Assembly (NCBI RefSeq): GCF_947568905.1
Contig: NC_079168.1
Coordinates: 18,166,001-18,230,000 of the forward strand
Direction of reading: 5' to 3'
From: Ostrea edulis
Lineage: Eukaryota
DNA: 64,000 nucleotides
The position numbers and the translations under genes were made by a program. Below, in pieces: positions 1-12,099 of this stretch. Each line of letters starts with the position of its first letter. Position 1 is the stretch's first letter. The notes beneath the pieces are model-generated. The model was not told the origin of the DNA, searched no databases, and saw nothing but the letters and a program-made list of their open reading frames with translations.

Positions 1-562
1 TTTTTTCGTTCTTTTTTTTTTTTAAATGTTTGAGATTGAAATCTCTTTCATATTTGTGAAATTATTATGAAAAGGAAGAAAACTTGGTCATGAGGTAGCA
101 TTGAGTTGATGAAATATGGATCAAGGTTGGCAATGTGTGAAACTTATTGTTTCAAAATTGAAGTAGTTCGCTAATACATGTACATGTATATGTAAATCAA
201 AATGTAATATTTCTAATCTTGTTTCAATATCAAAATTCAGCAATTGATGCATCTCCAACATCGAAATTCGTCCCAATTTTCAACGTATTTTTGCATTGAA
301 AAACCGCTGTTGGTGTTGATGTTAAAACGTCAAAATCATTGATATTTCAATGAATTATTGACATGTGTATATATGTTTTCCACCATTATTTCACATATTT
401 TCAATATAGAAACAATGTGTCTGCTTGCACTAACTTTCCCCCTTCTTTTCAGTCACTCCTAAAACCTTTATGAACTATACATCAGAATATTTTGTATCCT
501 TTACATCGTTTTTCCCGCATGACACCCCTTTTACGATTCCCTTTCAACTTTTACCATTAGAT

Positions 563-3133
563 CTACGTGCGAAGAAGTGCCATGGACGGTTCCCGAAGTT
601 TTAAACATTGTAAACATTCAGAAAATCGACAGCAAAGGAACTCTTCTTCTTCATCATCATCGTTGCATCCTATAAGAAGGAAAACAACAACAACTTCATC
701 TTTCTCAGCGTCGTAGTAGCAGATTGCCGAGCCGCTGTCGCCTTGCTGAAGTTTGAATTTTTTGTCCCCATCTTCATAACGAATTGTATCGCTTCTTCTA
801 AACTGAGAGCCGCTTGTTCCTGTCCGTGAATCCTCCATTTCAGATTCGGATGAGCTACTGTCAATTTTTTCATATGTTTCTCCATTGTATGCGACAAAAA
901 CCGGACGAAGATTTGAAGTTTTGTATAAATATAATTTTTTGTCATAGAGGTTTTGGTAATTGCCGTTAAATACTCTCAAGTTGGACGTTTTTCCAAAAGG
1001 ATGATACAGCCTTTGGCGCAATTCTACTTCTGAATGAGAAGAAACTTTAATCGCTGTAAAATCATTAAATGCTCCTGTAATATCATCAGATGGTTCTATG
1101 GTATAACGTTTTTTGGATTTTCCTATGAATTGCTTCTCAGTTGTATAAACCCTTTCTTCCGGGGGTGCGACATGTGAGCATGTGAATATATATTTTGCAC
1201 TCTTGGAGTCCTCGCCGAATACACACCCTATTCCCTTTCCCAAATCGCCCCGACTGTTCTTTTTAATGCATATTGTGCATCCAGATTCTAGAGTTTTCAT
1301 AAATATTATACCTTTTACCGATGGAACAATTTTGAGATTTCCTTTGAACTCGGGCCACATTTCTTTCAAAAGCTTGTCTACTTGATCTTTAAAGAATTGG
1401 CTCCTCTGAATGTGTGCTGTGTTTTTCACTTTGATGGTGAATGTTTGAGAAGTCTTTTTTATGGAGCGGATTTCTTCAAATCTGACAAGACATGAAAATC
1501 AAATGAAAGAGATCATGACTAGAAGATGTAAATCTGCTTTCTGTTCATAAGAAAAGCAGATACTTATAAAAGATATCTATAATATCATTTTACCACGGAA
1601 TAGCAGGTACAAATAGTATTCTATTATTATTATTATTTTTATTCTGCATTCATAATATTTTTTCTGTATTGTTATTTGGGAAGAGGGACTGTGGCGTCTT
1701 TTTTCCAAATAACTATCTTAAAATGTGAGTGGGTAATGGGGAATCCTCACCCATGTTAAAAATAAATTTAAGCTTTATAATGAATTTTGAATTTAAATTA
1801 TATTTTGTTTGAAACTAACCTTTCAAGAGCTAGCTGTATTTCGAAAGGGATTTGTTCTGTAAGCATGTTCTCTTGTTGCTTGATAGCGCGTTGAAGTCCA
1901 TCAATTGCTGTTTTGACTTCGTTGGCTTTTCTTGCAGTTTTCTCATTCCAATCCATACAGAAGCTTTCCTCAAAAGAATTCATCATTAGCCCTACAGCCT
2001 TGTCGTCGATGAAGTCCGACAGAACAAACTTCAAAGGCCACAAAGAAGATGGTCGCCTGTTTTTCACGATACGTTTAACATGTTTTCTAATTTTGTATTC
2101 TGGTCCATACAATGGAATTTCATGCTTTGGGAAGGCAAACAAATCGTCCGACACAATGGATGTTATGTGTCCAACCAAAGCTTGGTTTACTTCTTTGGCT
2201 AATGTAGATGCGATTGTTTGAATTACTCTGTCCAAGTTTTGATCATCTGGTAATAATTGTAGGAAACGGAAATTTATCAGCTCTTCATTACTTCTGTAAT
2301 GAGAGAGAATGATTTTCCCATCATCTCCAATACACCAATTTTGAATTCGTTTCCTGCTATTATCAATAGACTTCCGAACAAAGGTTATCGTGGCATTGGC
2401 CTTTCTGACGAATTGCTTCTCAAGTAATCTCGAAAACCGACCAGTGATTCCATTTTTACCCTGAATTAAAACTCTAGCTATTAGCTTCTTGTCTACATCA
2501 TTCATGATAAGCCCGATGTTTTCAGCAAACGTCTTTCGGACAGCATACAGTTCACTTTCTGATGTAGCATCAATATCGATGTCATGTAGACCAAGGATGT
2601 AAACAATGTTTTCCAAGTTCTCTAAACTACATGCACCACTAAGGCTAGTTAGAAGCATGGACGACTGAAATGAAAAACACTAATTTTTGAATCACAGTTT
2701 TGTATTTATGATGATGGTACGTGATTGAAGAGTTACTTACATCGTTACACATTTGAAGAGCAAGTCCATTTGGTTGAATTCTACAAGCCTTGACAACCAC
2801 CACATACATTTGCGGAACATACTGCCCTTTGAAATATGAATCGTTGATGACTTGTTGAAGTCCGTGAGAATTTACACATCCTTCTTTTTCAACTCGCCTT
2901 TTATCCAATAAAGAGTCATAATGCTTTTCATAATCTTTATCAAGACTGAGAAAGATAGCATTAGGAGGTTGTAGAAGCGTCCTGAAAGTTTCATAAACCG
3001 TTTTTCCAAAAGTTGACTTGTGAGATTGTATTATTTCCTCAAAAGGTTGTTGAAGAATTTTCAATCTTGGTAAATATTCCCATGGAAGTAAAACGTTCGA
3101 ATACCAAATATGTATACAGTCCAAGGAATCCAT
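563..3133 (-). CDS. 3-exon gene, 718 aa: ~410 aa helical N-terminal region plus C-terminal trypsin-fold (PA clan, Nal1/alpha-lytic-like) serine protease. Exons 3133-2741, 2664-1820, 1481-563
   Basis: Three long ORFs join in frame at canonical sites: GAT|GTAAGT..tttCAG|TCG (phase 0) and AG|GTTAGT..tgtCAG|A (phase 2). Catalytic motifs FTCSHV (His), NDFTAI (Asp), GDSGS (Ser). Start AAAAATGG at 3133 chosen by alignment with the paralog. Confidence 0.85.
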
Positions 3134-3494
3134 TTTTAAATAGAAAAAGGGGATTTTTACATAAGGAATACCCTTCTTTGTGTAAACGAAGATTTTAAAT
3201 GCATTATGCACACTAACGTCTAGGCAGACACGTGTGACTTGTAACCAGTTGCAGTGAAGTGCTTATCATTGCCATCCGTTACCTACTCTCTACATTGTAT
3301 ACCCAATACCTTGATTTTTGGAGATAATGCAGTTTTACTTAGTACAAATCGGGTTTGTAAACGTGTGTTACCTTGAATACGTCATACCTATCGGTTGGCG
3401 AAAAAAATATGACCCACTTTTTTGTGCACTGAACATTTTCATGGGAGGGCACTTTTTAAAATTGTTGTTTTAACTATTTGTTTGTATGCATGTA

Positions 3495-3630
3495 TGTTGT
3501 TTTAACAGCTACATTTGTTTGTTTTAATGTTGTTTTAACAGCTACATTTGTTTGTTTTAATGTTGTTTTAATAGCTACATTTGTTTGTTTCAAAGGTGTT
3601 TCAACTGTTACGTTTGTGTGTTTTTAACAA
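3495..3630. repeat. 33-bp minisatellite, 3 clean copies plus a degenerate one
   Basis: Unit tgttgttttaacagctacatttgtttgttttaa starts at 3495, 3528 and 3561. Confidence 0.85.
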
Positions 3631-3880
3631 CGACCTACATGTACAAGGTTACCAGTTGCACATTCACGGGCCTTTTTCCGCCCCGGAAGTGCAATTGATA
3701 AGATCAATTCTTGCTTTTTGAGAACTCAATATTTTTAAATCTAGAAAAGTTTAATAGAAAAAGTATGTAAGCCATGCAGACTACGTTCATTGTCACAGCT
3801 TTTGTGTTTTCCCATCAATTAATGTTAATATTGATAATAATGTTCCCATCAAAAAATGTTAATATAGCCCCATTCTCTCT

Positions 3881-5041
3881 TTTTAGGTCACCTGCGAAAA
3901 ATCCGTACTCGTGCATTAACAAATGCATACATAGTGATGTAGAGCAGGAAGGCCTCTACCAAAATTGTAAATTTCATGATCCCCGGGATAGAGGTTCTGA
4001 CCCCAGGGCGGGGCCAAACTTGGTATATATAGTGTGTATGTGTAAAACACTTAAATAACATATTTAGTGCTATTGATTCTAAATTGAAAATAAATGGATG
4101 TTTAGAAAGAATAAATAGTCCTTCCCCAAAATTTTAAATTTGATGATCCCAGGGGTAGGGATTTTGGTATTAGGGTGGGGCCAAAATGGTCAAATATTAA
4201 ATGTGTGAACAATACACATTTTTAACTTCTTCTTGATAAGTGACATTTCAATTCCTTTCAATTTTGGTATGAAACATATTTGGGACAAGGGGGACATACA
4301 TAGTAGATTTCAGGACTCCTGCACACCAGGGGCCTTGGGGGCGAGGCAGAAACTGCCTAAAATGATAAATTTTTAAATATCTTCTATATAAATCATGCAC
4401 ACGTCACCAAAATTGTAAATTTTATGATCCCAGGGGTAGGATTATGATATCAGAGGGGACCAAAATGGTCAGTTATTGAATATGCGAGCAATAGAACATT
4501 ATTAACTTCTTCTTGATAAGTAACATTCGAATTCCTTTCAAATTTGGTATGAAGCATCTTTGGGGCAAGAGGGACGTAAATTGTAAACTTCAGGATTCCT
4601 GCACTCCCGGGGCCTAAGGGACGGGGCAAAAACTGACAAAAATTGAATTTTCAAAAATCTTCTCTGCAATCACACATGTGTAAGAAAAGTTAAATGCATA
4701 CACAGGCACTCGACGTATTAAATAGCTATAATAAAAAAAAAAAATCTCTTCCTGTATGTCTACAGGAAGCCAAGTTTTTAAAATTATAGATATTTAACAC
4801 GTCCAGTGCCTGTGAATGCTTAGTGTTGTAGAGTAAGAGGGCCGCTTCAACACTTGTAAATTTTATGATCCCCGGAGTAGGGGTTCTGAACCCAGGATGG
4901 GGCCAAAACTTAGTATTATATAGTATGAATGTGTAAAACATTTAAATGATATCTTGATACTGAATTGAAACTAGATATCTAGAAGGAATAGGTCGACCTT
5001 TACCAATACTCAGGTGACCGATAAGGCCTGTGCGCCTCTTG
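3881..5041 (+). mobile_element. Non-autonomous Helentron-associated (HINE-like) element with internal ~170-bp satellite-like repeats
   Basis: 5' ttttaggtcacctg and 3' caggtgacc subterminal inverted repeats, a terminal ggcctgtgcgcc hairpin, and a recurring aaattgtaaatttcatgatcccc..ggggccaaa unit. Confidence 0.7.
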
Positions 5042-5779
5042 ATGTATATAGCCTCTCTCTTTTTCCTCTCTCTAAAAATAATAACACAAATCGCACTTTT
5101 CAACCATTTAATCATAGTTGTATAGATCTGAAAGTAAAACTGCAATCATTAGGTAAAATTGCAATAATATCAACCCTTGATTTTATGATAGTGCACTGGT
5201 AGAATAGATCTAGAAAAGGGGTATATGTGGTGCAAAGAGAAAAACACCACATTACATATAATTTCTCTTTAATTTAGAATAAAATAATATCAATTAACTT
5301 GGTGCAGAGATTTGTTTGCTAGCAAGCAGACATACTTATAATTCAATTCACTCAAGCAACAATACAAATAATTGATGGTTCTACATTTCTTCCAAACCGA
5401 GAAAGTGTATTATTCCTATTTTCTTCTTTGTACCAATTTAAAATGCATTTTAATACTTTCAAGAGACTTCGATGCACACATGTTTGTGTTCATGTTGCTG
5501 GCGATGTTAATGATTTTCTCTCTCCAGCATTCCCAGGAACCTTGTCAGATACATGTACTTGAGTCCACTTGTCATATCATTTTGTCCACTTGTCAGTTAA
5601 ACGAAATTTTAAAGTTTAAATAAATTGAAATAAAAATGCTCGATTACTGCCTTCCAATTATCGGCAATTTTTTCTGACAATCCGCCAAGCATGATCTGAC
5701 AATTAACATACTAGTAATTATCAGACAAGTGGGAGGCAGAAATATGACACCATAATACGTCTTTACTCGTTTCAAATTT

Positions 5780-5796
5780 AATATATATAATATATA

Positions 5797-5836
<40 letters not shown>
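5780..5836. repeat. (AT)n microsatellite
   Basis: Direct reading of the sequence. Confidence 0.95.
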
Positions 5837-5840
<4 letters not shown>

Positions 5841-6478
5841 AGGTGAAGATAACGAACAGTGATCAATCTCATAACTCCTATAAGCAATACAAAATAGATA
5901 GTTGGGCAAACACGGACCCCTGGACACACCAGAGGTGGGATCAGGTGCCTAGGAGGAGTAAGCATCCCCTGTTGACCGGTCACACCCGCCGTGAGCCCTC
6001 TATCCTGATCAGGTAAACGGAGTTATCCGCAGTCAAAATCAGTGTGCCAAGAACGGCTTAGCAATCGGTATGAAACACGTCAGACAGCATTTGACCCAAT
6101 GCGAGGTTGTATTGACGAACTAGATCGTTATAACGACCATAGAATTTGCGAAATGCTGACTTCAATCGAGACTGTTGAAATCCCTGTACCATCAACTTGT
6201 TTGTCAGTAGCTTACCTCGATTTAAAAACTGACTATACAAAGAAAAAGCTCTTGCATATCGAATCAGTTGAGATATATAAACACCATATGCAGGTGATAA
6301 TGGAATATTGCTACACAAATATTGGAAGTTGACGATGGAGAAGCTGAAATCATCCCGTTTGTCATACAGTTGAGTTGTCAGTTTGCCGTTAATGTCTACT
6401 TTCAATAAAATATCTAAGTATGAAGCAGAAGTGGACGACTCTTTGGTGTCCTTTATTTCGAGCTCACGGGGATATATC
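5837..6478 (-). mobile_element. 5'-truncated Penelope-like retroelement (RT C-terminus plus 3' terminal repeat)
   Basis: ORF 6058-6480 (IYPRELEIKDT..LYDKRDDFSFSIVN..YGVYISQLIRYARA) matches the fragments at 12.8 kb and 23.5 kb. The same terminal repeat recurs many times in the window. Confidence 0.8.
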
Positions 6479-6491
6479 ATATATATATATT

Positions 6492-8999
6492 CTATAAAGG
6501 AAGTATATTGATATGATAGTCGGCTCTATTCTTTAGACAAACGATTCCTTCATGTAGCCTACAACAAACAAACCCATCGTCATATTCTCCGACGATTAAA
6601 AACACGACACTTATGACGTTTCTTTCTTCGTCGAAACAGCATACGGCGGATCCACTGTCGCCTGGACGAATTTGTCTGGTGATATGTGTTGGTATTACAA
6701 CGTCAATTCTCCGAAATGGAAAACGATTTTCACTGCTTTGAACAGATTCCATTGAATGTTCTTCATCACAGTCCTCGTATTTTAACAACGTTTCACCAAC
6801 GTACTTAAGAAAAATCGGGTCATCTTCACCTCTCCTATGAAAGTAGAGACCGGTACTTTCCTTCTGCAGCACAGAAAAGTCTCCATCGAACAATGTTACC
6901 CCAGGAGTGCCAGTAAAAGATATTGGTGATCTTAAATCTTGCCTTGCCGTTAATGGTGGGTCGATAGGAACCGCAGCGAAGTCTAATAATCCTACAACAC
7001 ACTCATCATCTGTCGTGATGCACAGGTCTTTTACAGAACGTCCTACAACATTCTTTTCGTTATCATACATCGTAAAGCCCGGGGGTGCCACATGAGCGCA
7101 TGTTATAGCAAACTGAACGGCTTCCGCCATGTCGCCGATCACTCCAGCTACTCCGCGTTTGTATTTTCCTTTCAGATGAAAACCTATCGTTCCACCGGAT
7201 TCAAACGTAGCAAAGAATGTTATTTTTTTCGCAAATGGTTCCAAAATAAAATCATTTGCTTCAAATTCTTTCCAATCCCTCAGCAGCTCTTGGATTTCAG
7301 TTTTCAAGGAAGTTTTGTCGCGTGAATATTCTGCTCTTGAAATACCAATGACCAGGGTATCATCTCTTTTCTTTATTGATGAGACATGCTTCAGTCTAAA
7401 AAAAAAAAAAAAGAAGATAATTTGATAAAAGAATTAAAATTTCGTTCAAATGTGCAGCTTCCCATAAAAAATATTCAGGTTTTACAATATCTTTGCTATA
7501 TCTTACCTCCACAAATAAATCTGCAATTCATAAGGAATGTCTTCTCTCAGATATGTCGTTTGATCACGGATGACGTCAGACAGAGTGTCAAGTTCGTGAA
7601 TTAAGTTTTGATACTGATTCTCTGCCTTACACATTTGCTTCCGTATATACTGCACTACTAAAGGTAGGGAAGAAGGATCCAGAATTTCTGAAAGGGTAAT
7701 ACTTTCATTTCGTGACTTTTTGAACCACAATTTATGTGCAATCATGTCAAAAAAGCAACAACGTTCCCCAGTTAATTCAGGTTCACTGATTTCAAATCCA
7801 AAGCTCTGTTCTATCGCATTGCGTACTTCATCTTTCACAGTTGTCGCAATATCCATGCTGATTGTGTTTACCTTTCCATCTCTGTTTTCTGTCACTATTT
7901 TGTGTAGTTTATGGTTCACTTTATCCTCTCTCTCCTGGACAATTCTCATAACCTGCTGAGCACACGAATCGCAATCCCAAACAGTTATCTGATTATGATT
8001 GTTTTGTGCATCTTGTCGGAGACAGCTAGACATTGTGGAAAAAGAATCACGAAACGATTTCTCCAGTAATCTTGAGCATCGTTCTTTGATGCCCTTCTCT
8101 CCTTTGAAAAAGATTCTTGAGGGTAAATGCTTGTCATCGTCGCTAATTGCATTTCTTACAAGACTGGTGATAGTTCGATGGTCATTTTGGCCGTGGTTTT
8201 CTATTGAGGCAGAATCATATACACAGTTCACTATATACACAATTGGGAATGTAGAAATTTCTCTAGTGCCCAGAGAAACTTTCAAATGCTTCAAAAGATT
8301 GAGGCTCTGAAAGTAGATTAAATGTAATTCTGTGAATGGCATACAGTTTTGACATTTTCTGAGTCAGACCAGTTCTAATTCTACAATGTAATCAATCCCT
8401 ATAGTTAAAAAATTCAAGTATCCTAAAACTGATTACTAGGCTGTGTTTTATCTTATAGCGACGAGGAACTGACCCACGACAAGCTTAAATTGTACATCGA
8501 TACCACCTACACACCTTTTAACGGAAAAGTAGTACACATGAATGTAAACATTATCGGTGTGAAGTGCACCGTGATATGATGCATTTAAAATGTCCGTATT
8601 CATGATAAATAATACATATTTAAAAAAAATCATAATTACCTGTGTTGAGAGTTCAATCTTGGCTGCTCTCTTTGCGAAATTTAATGCGACCAAATACATG
8701 TGGGGTACAGCAGAATGATTCATCTCCTCCATGACACACCACAATTTGTCTCCATCAATATCACAGCTCGCGATTCTTTCTGAGAGAGAATCAATGTATT
8801 CTCTGTTGTTCCCGCTGCTACAGAAAAAGAGAACCGGGTTCTCAATAGGTCCCAGAAGGGCATCATATGCCCACTTTGGAAGAAACTCTTGACAAAGATG
8901 TAATTTATCCCTGTAAGTATCCTGCAGTCTCTTCAGCCGCGGATAACACGAACTCAGTATCTCGGTCTTCGAAATGTTGGCTTTGATCTGCGAACTCAT
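6492..8999 (-). CDS. 3-exon paralog of 563-3133, 687 aa: helical N-terminal region plus trypsin-fold serine protease. Exons 8999-8640, 8306-7507, 7395-6492
   Basis: In-frame splicing at CAG|GTAATT..tttCAG|AGC (phase 0) and AG|GTAAGA..tttTAG|A (phase 2), the same phases as the first paralog. Motifs ITCAHV, LDFAAV, GDSGS. Shared motifs YPRLK, VPHMY/VPQMY, IVYI, SRLLEK, IP(Y/F)E(L/I)Q. Confidence 0.85.
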
Positions 9000-9399
9000 G
9001 ATTGTTTCTTGTAAGTTTCCCCCAGAAATTATTCCATCATTCAAACACTTTATGATTGCCGTCCATCGTTGCAGTGTATCCGATATCAAGACAATACCGT
9101 TGCATCAAAATCAAACAGATGTCACGCTTAATTATCTTGTTGAAAACAAATTTATCACACGCATACTACTACTGGATTTTTTTTTTTTACCGGTAATACC
9201 AAGTTTATTTTGTAATATATATCCGGTTTCAGTTTCATATTAGTCATTTTATTATTTAATTGTTTTACGAAGATTAACCACTTCAGATATCTGCCTGATA
9301 AGGAAATAATCAATCTGCATACAGTATCGCGTTTCACAAAGACAGTACAGAGGCGTTTTAAATTGATTTCGATCAATAGTTTACTTTTTTTTCACAATT

Positions 9400-9615
9400 A
9401 TCGTTTACAATAATGAAGCACCAAATTAACAAATAATAGAAGCTTTTTTGAGCGCAACAATTGAATTGAGGAGCTCTATTATCGATTCATATATGGAATT
9501 GAAAGTATTTCTAATCGAATTCGAGATGACTTTTTCAGTTCTGGGCTGATGACACTTGAACATCGTTGGTCTAAGTGCATCACACGAGAGGGCAATTACA
9601 TCGAATGAATTTTCT
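9400..9615 (+). mobile_element. Mariner transposase C-terminal remnant
   Basis: About 9530-9608 translates FFSSGLMTLEHRWSKCITREGNYIE*, matching the mariner C-terminal FF..GI..L..RW.KC....G.Y.E pattern. Confidence 0.7.
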
Positions 9616-10257
9616 AATACTTAGTGAAATCTTTATAAAAGGGAATAGCGAAACAAATATATCCATTTCAAATCATGTGTGGGTTCTTGATGTTGCAGGA
9701 CGTGAAAGAGATACCTCCCCTGAATATTAATGAAAATTGTTGAACGTAACAAATATGGTGCCGTTCAACTTTTCCAGAAATTAATTTTCGTCTTAAATTC
9801 ACAGAAACTACAGGAAATAAAAAGCCTTTCAATACTCCCCCCCCCCCCCCAGATTTGTGGTTAGTACAAAACTATAGTTAAAGGAAGTGAACATGAAAAA
9901 AAAACCAAAAAAAAAAACCACCCACCAAACATGCACGTAGATGCAGAGTCTCTTTAATTCAAAATATATATTTACACAAATTACTAGATTTTATCAAATT
10001 AATAATTGAGATAAACCATGTTTTCCGACATGCATCTGGGATTATTCATGACTAGAGACATTGCTGTTGGTGCTTGTTATTTTATGCAGTAACAATGTCA
10101 GATGATTAAGCTGCATGTCAGTTTTGTACTGTGAGGCTGAGTTAGGGATTGGATGCATTCCTGATCGTACTTATCAATAAACATATTTCTCTTTTGTTAC
10201 AATTTGCTGGCAATATAGCTTTAGATTTTTTCCAGAGGTTGATCATTTACAAATTAC

Positions 10258-10503
10258 CAGTATCCGTATCCCATAAATCGTGATTGTCTCCAAGGGAATT
10301 TTGTAATTCACGGTGAGAGGGAATGCATCTATCAGAACTATTTTGAAATGAAAGAAATAATGGACTGACAGGATTATATAGTTTGTCCTTGTTTATTCTA
10401 TATGCAATGGAGATTCTTATATTTGTATCTTTTAAAATAGATAATGTGTGTTCCAGATTCTGCAGCTCCTTAAGGTTTTCAGGAAAACATTTCAAAGCAT
10501 ATT
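10258..10503 (-). pseudogene. Exon-like relic resembling exon 1 of the protease paralogs
   Basis: Open 82-codon block flanked by atatCAG| and G|GTAATT. LKELQ..NPVSPLFLS..DLW aligns by eye with LKRLQ..NPVLFFCS..KLW. Confidence 0.35.
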
Positions 10504-11095
10504 CTGATATGAAAATGACTCTTCATCTTCTAAATAAATCTGACAAATAATTATATTAAAATCCAATTATCTTCTTCATGTAGCTGGCTATCAGTAGTTA
10601 TAACCTTTGTTTCTACAAAGCTAACTTTTCAAGTTTCAGGTAATTGGCTACTAGCAACGAAGTTTTCTCTGTTGAAGTAGCCAGTTACTAGAAGCTAGTT
10701 TACTTACGGCAACATTAGCACTTTTTCAATGTTGGTATATAAGACTATGCACTGGTCAAACTTGAACCTCCGAAGAGAAGTACACTCCACTGTCGTTGAT
10801 ATCATTCTCTTCTAGGCTTCATTTTGATACATTTCTTCTATATACAGTTTTCTTGTAAACACTGGTAACCTTGAACAAATTCTTCACCGTTTATGATGAC
10901 GTTGTATATTCGGGTGTGGTTTTTTTTTTTTTTTGCGTTTTGCAAAAGTGAATAAACCTGTAATATTTTTTATTTGCGAAATAAATAATAATAATAATAA
11001 AAAAACACAAGGTTTTATTTGATCATCATTTATTGGGGAGCTATCTCTCTTTTTCCGAGCCGATGACCGATTATCAGCATTTAAATTACAGTGAA

Positions 11096-12061
11096 CACAG
11101 GACCTGAAGTATGGATATTACTACCCCCCCCCATTTTTTCATAATTTTTTTTTTGGTGGCAATAATTTCTCTGAAATGTATGAATTCCCAGTCTATCTCA
11201 TCCCTCTTTCGATTCATGTAATCGTTTCACGCTTTTTGTAAGCTTTAAAGATTGGCCTTCTACCGGTATAATAAAATACACAAGGTAAGAAACAAAAATT
11301 TGTAAACAAACAGGGGGTCCCCGTTTCCGGGCACATTTTCCAAGTAATTACAGCGTTACCTAAGGAATTTTGACGAGCGGCAGGTCGGGGAGATGTCATA
11401 CTACAAGTCTCTTCAACTCAAAACCCATCTCATCTCTTTTATTTGACACAATCTTGCGTGCATTGATCGGACAGGGCTTCATCTCTTCCACTGGCAGCCA
11501 AAAAGGAGGTCACAGAGTACGAATTTGTTGTACACGCCGTGTGATTGGTTCGCAAAGGCATTGCTTAGTCTCGGGATCATCCGAAGGGTCTCGGGATTAT
11601 TCGCGGACCAATCACACGACACGTTATAAATTCGTACTCTGTGACCTCCTTTTTGGCTGCCAGTGGAAGAGATGAAGCCCTGTCCGATCAATGCACGCAA
11701 GATTGTGTCAAATAAAAGAGATGAGATGGGTTTTGAGTTGAAGAGACTTGTAGTATGACATCTCCCCGACCTGCTGCTCGTCAAAATTCCTTAGGTAACG
11801 CTGTAATTACTTTGGAAAATGTGCCCGGAAACGGGGACCCCCTGTTTGTTTACAAATTTTTGTTTCTTACCTTGTGTATTTTATTATACCGGTAGAAGGC
11901 CAATCTTTAAAGCTTACAAAAAGCGTGAAACGATTACATGAATCGAAAGAGGGATGAGATAGACTGGGAATTCATACATTTCAGAGAAATTATTGCCACC
12001 AAAAAAAAAATTATGAAAAAAAGGGGGGGGGGTAGTAATATCCATACTTCAGGTGCCTGTG
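11096..12061. mobile_element. 966-bp foldback/MITE-like DNA element, almost entirely one inverted repeat
   Basis: Arms ~11096-11552 and ~11603-12061 are near-perfect reverse complements. Ends CACAGG..CCTGTG. 8-bp target-site duplication acagtgaa/acagtgta. Confidence 0.9.
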
Positions 12062-12099
12062 ACAGTGTACAGAACAACACAAGCATTTTTTAACATAGT

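Noticed and set aside
670-8310. Short ORFs overlapping the protease genes (670-945, 1182-1385, 1913-2221, 6907-7095, 7092-7325, 7720-7959, 7999-8310)
   Set aside because: Antisense or alternative-frame shadows of the real exons.
11370-11784. Two 101-aa ORFs with the same N-terminus on opposite strands
   Set aside because: They are mirror images produced by the palindromic element, with no protein features.
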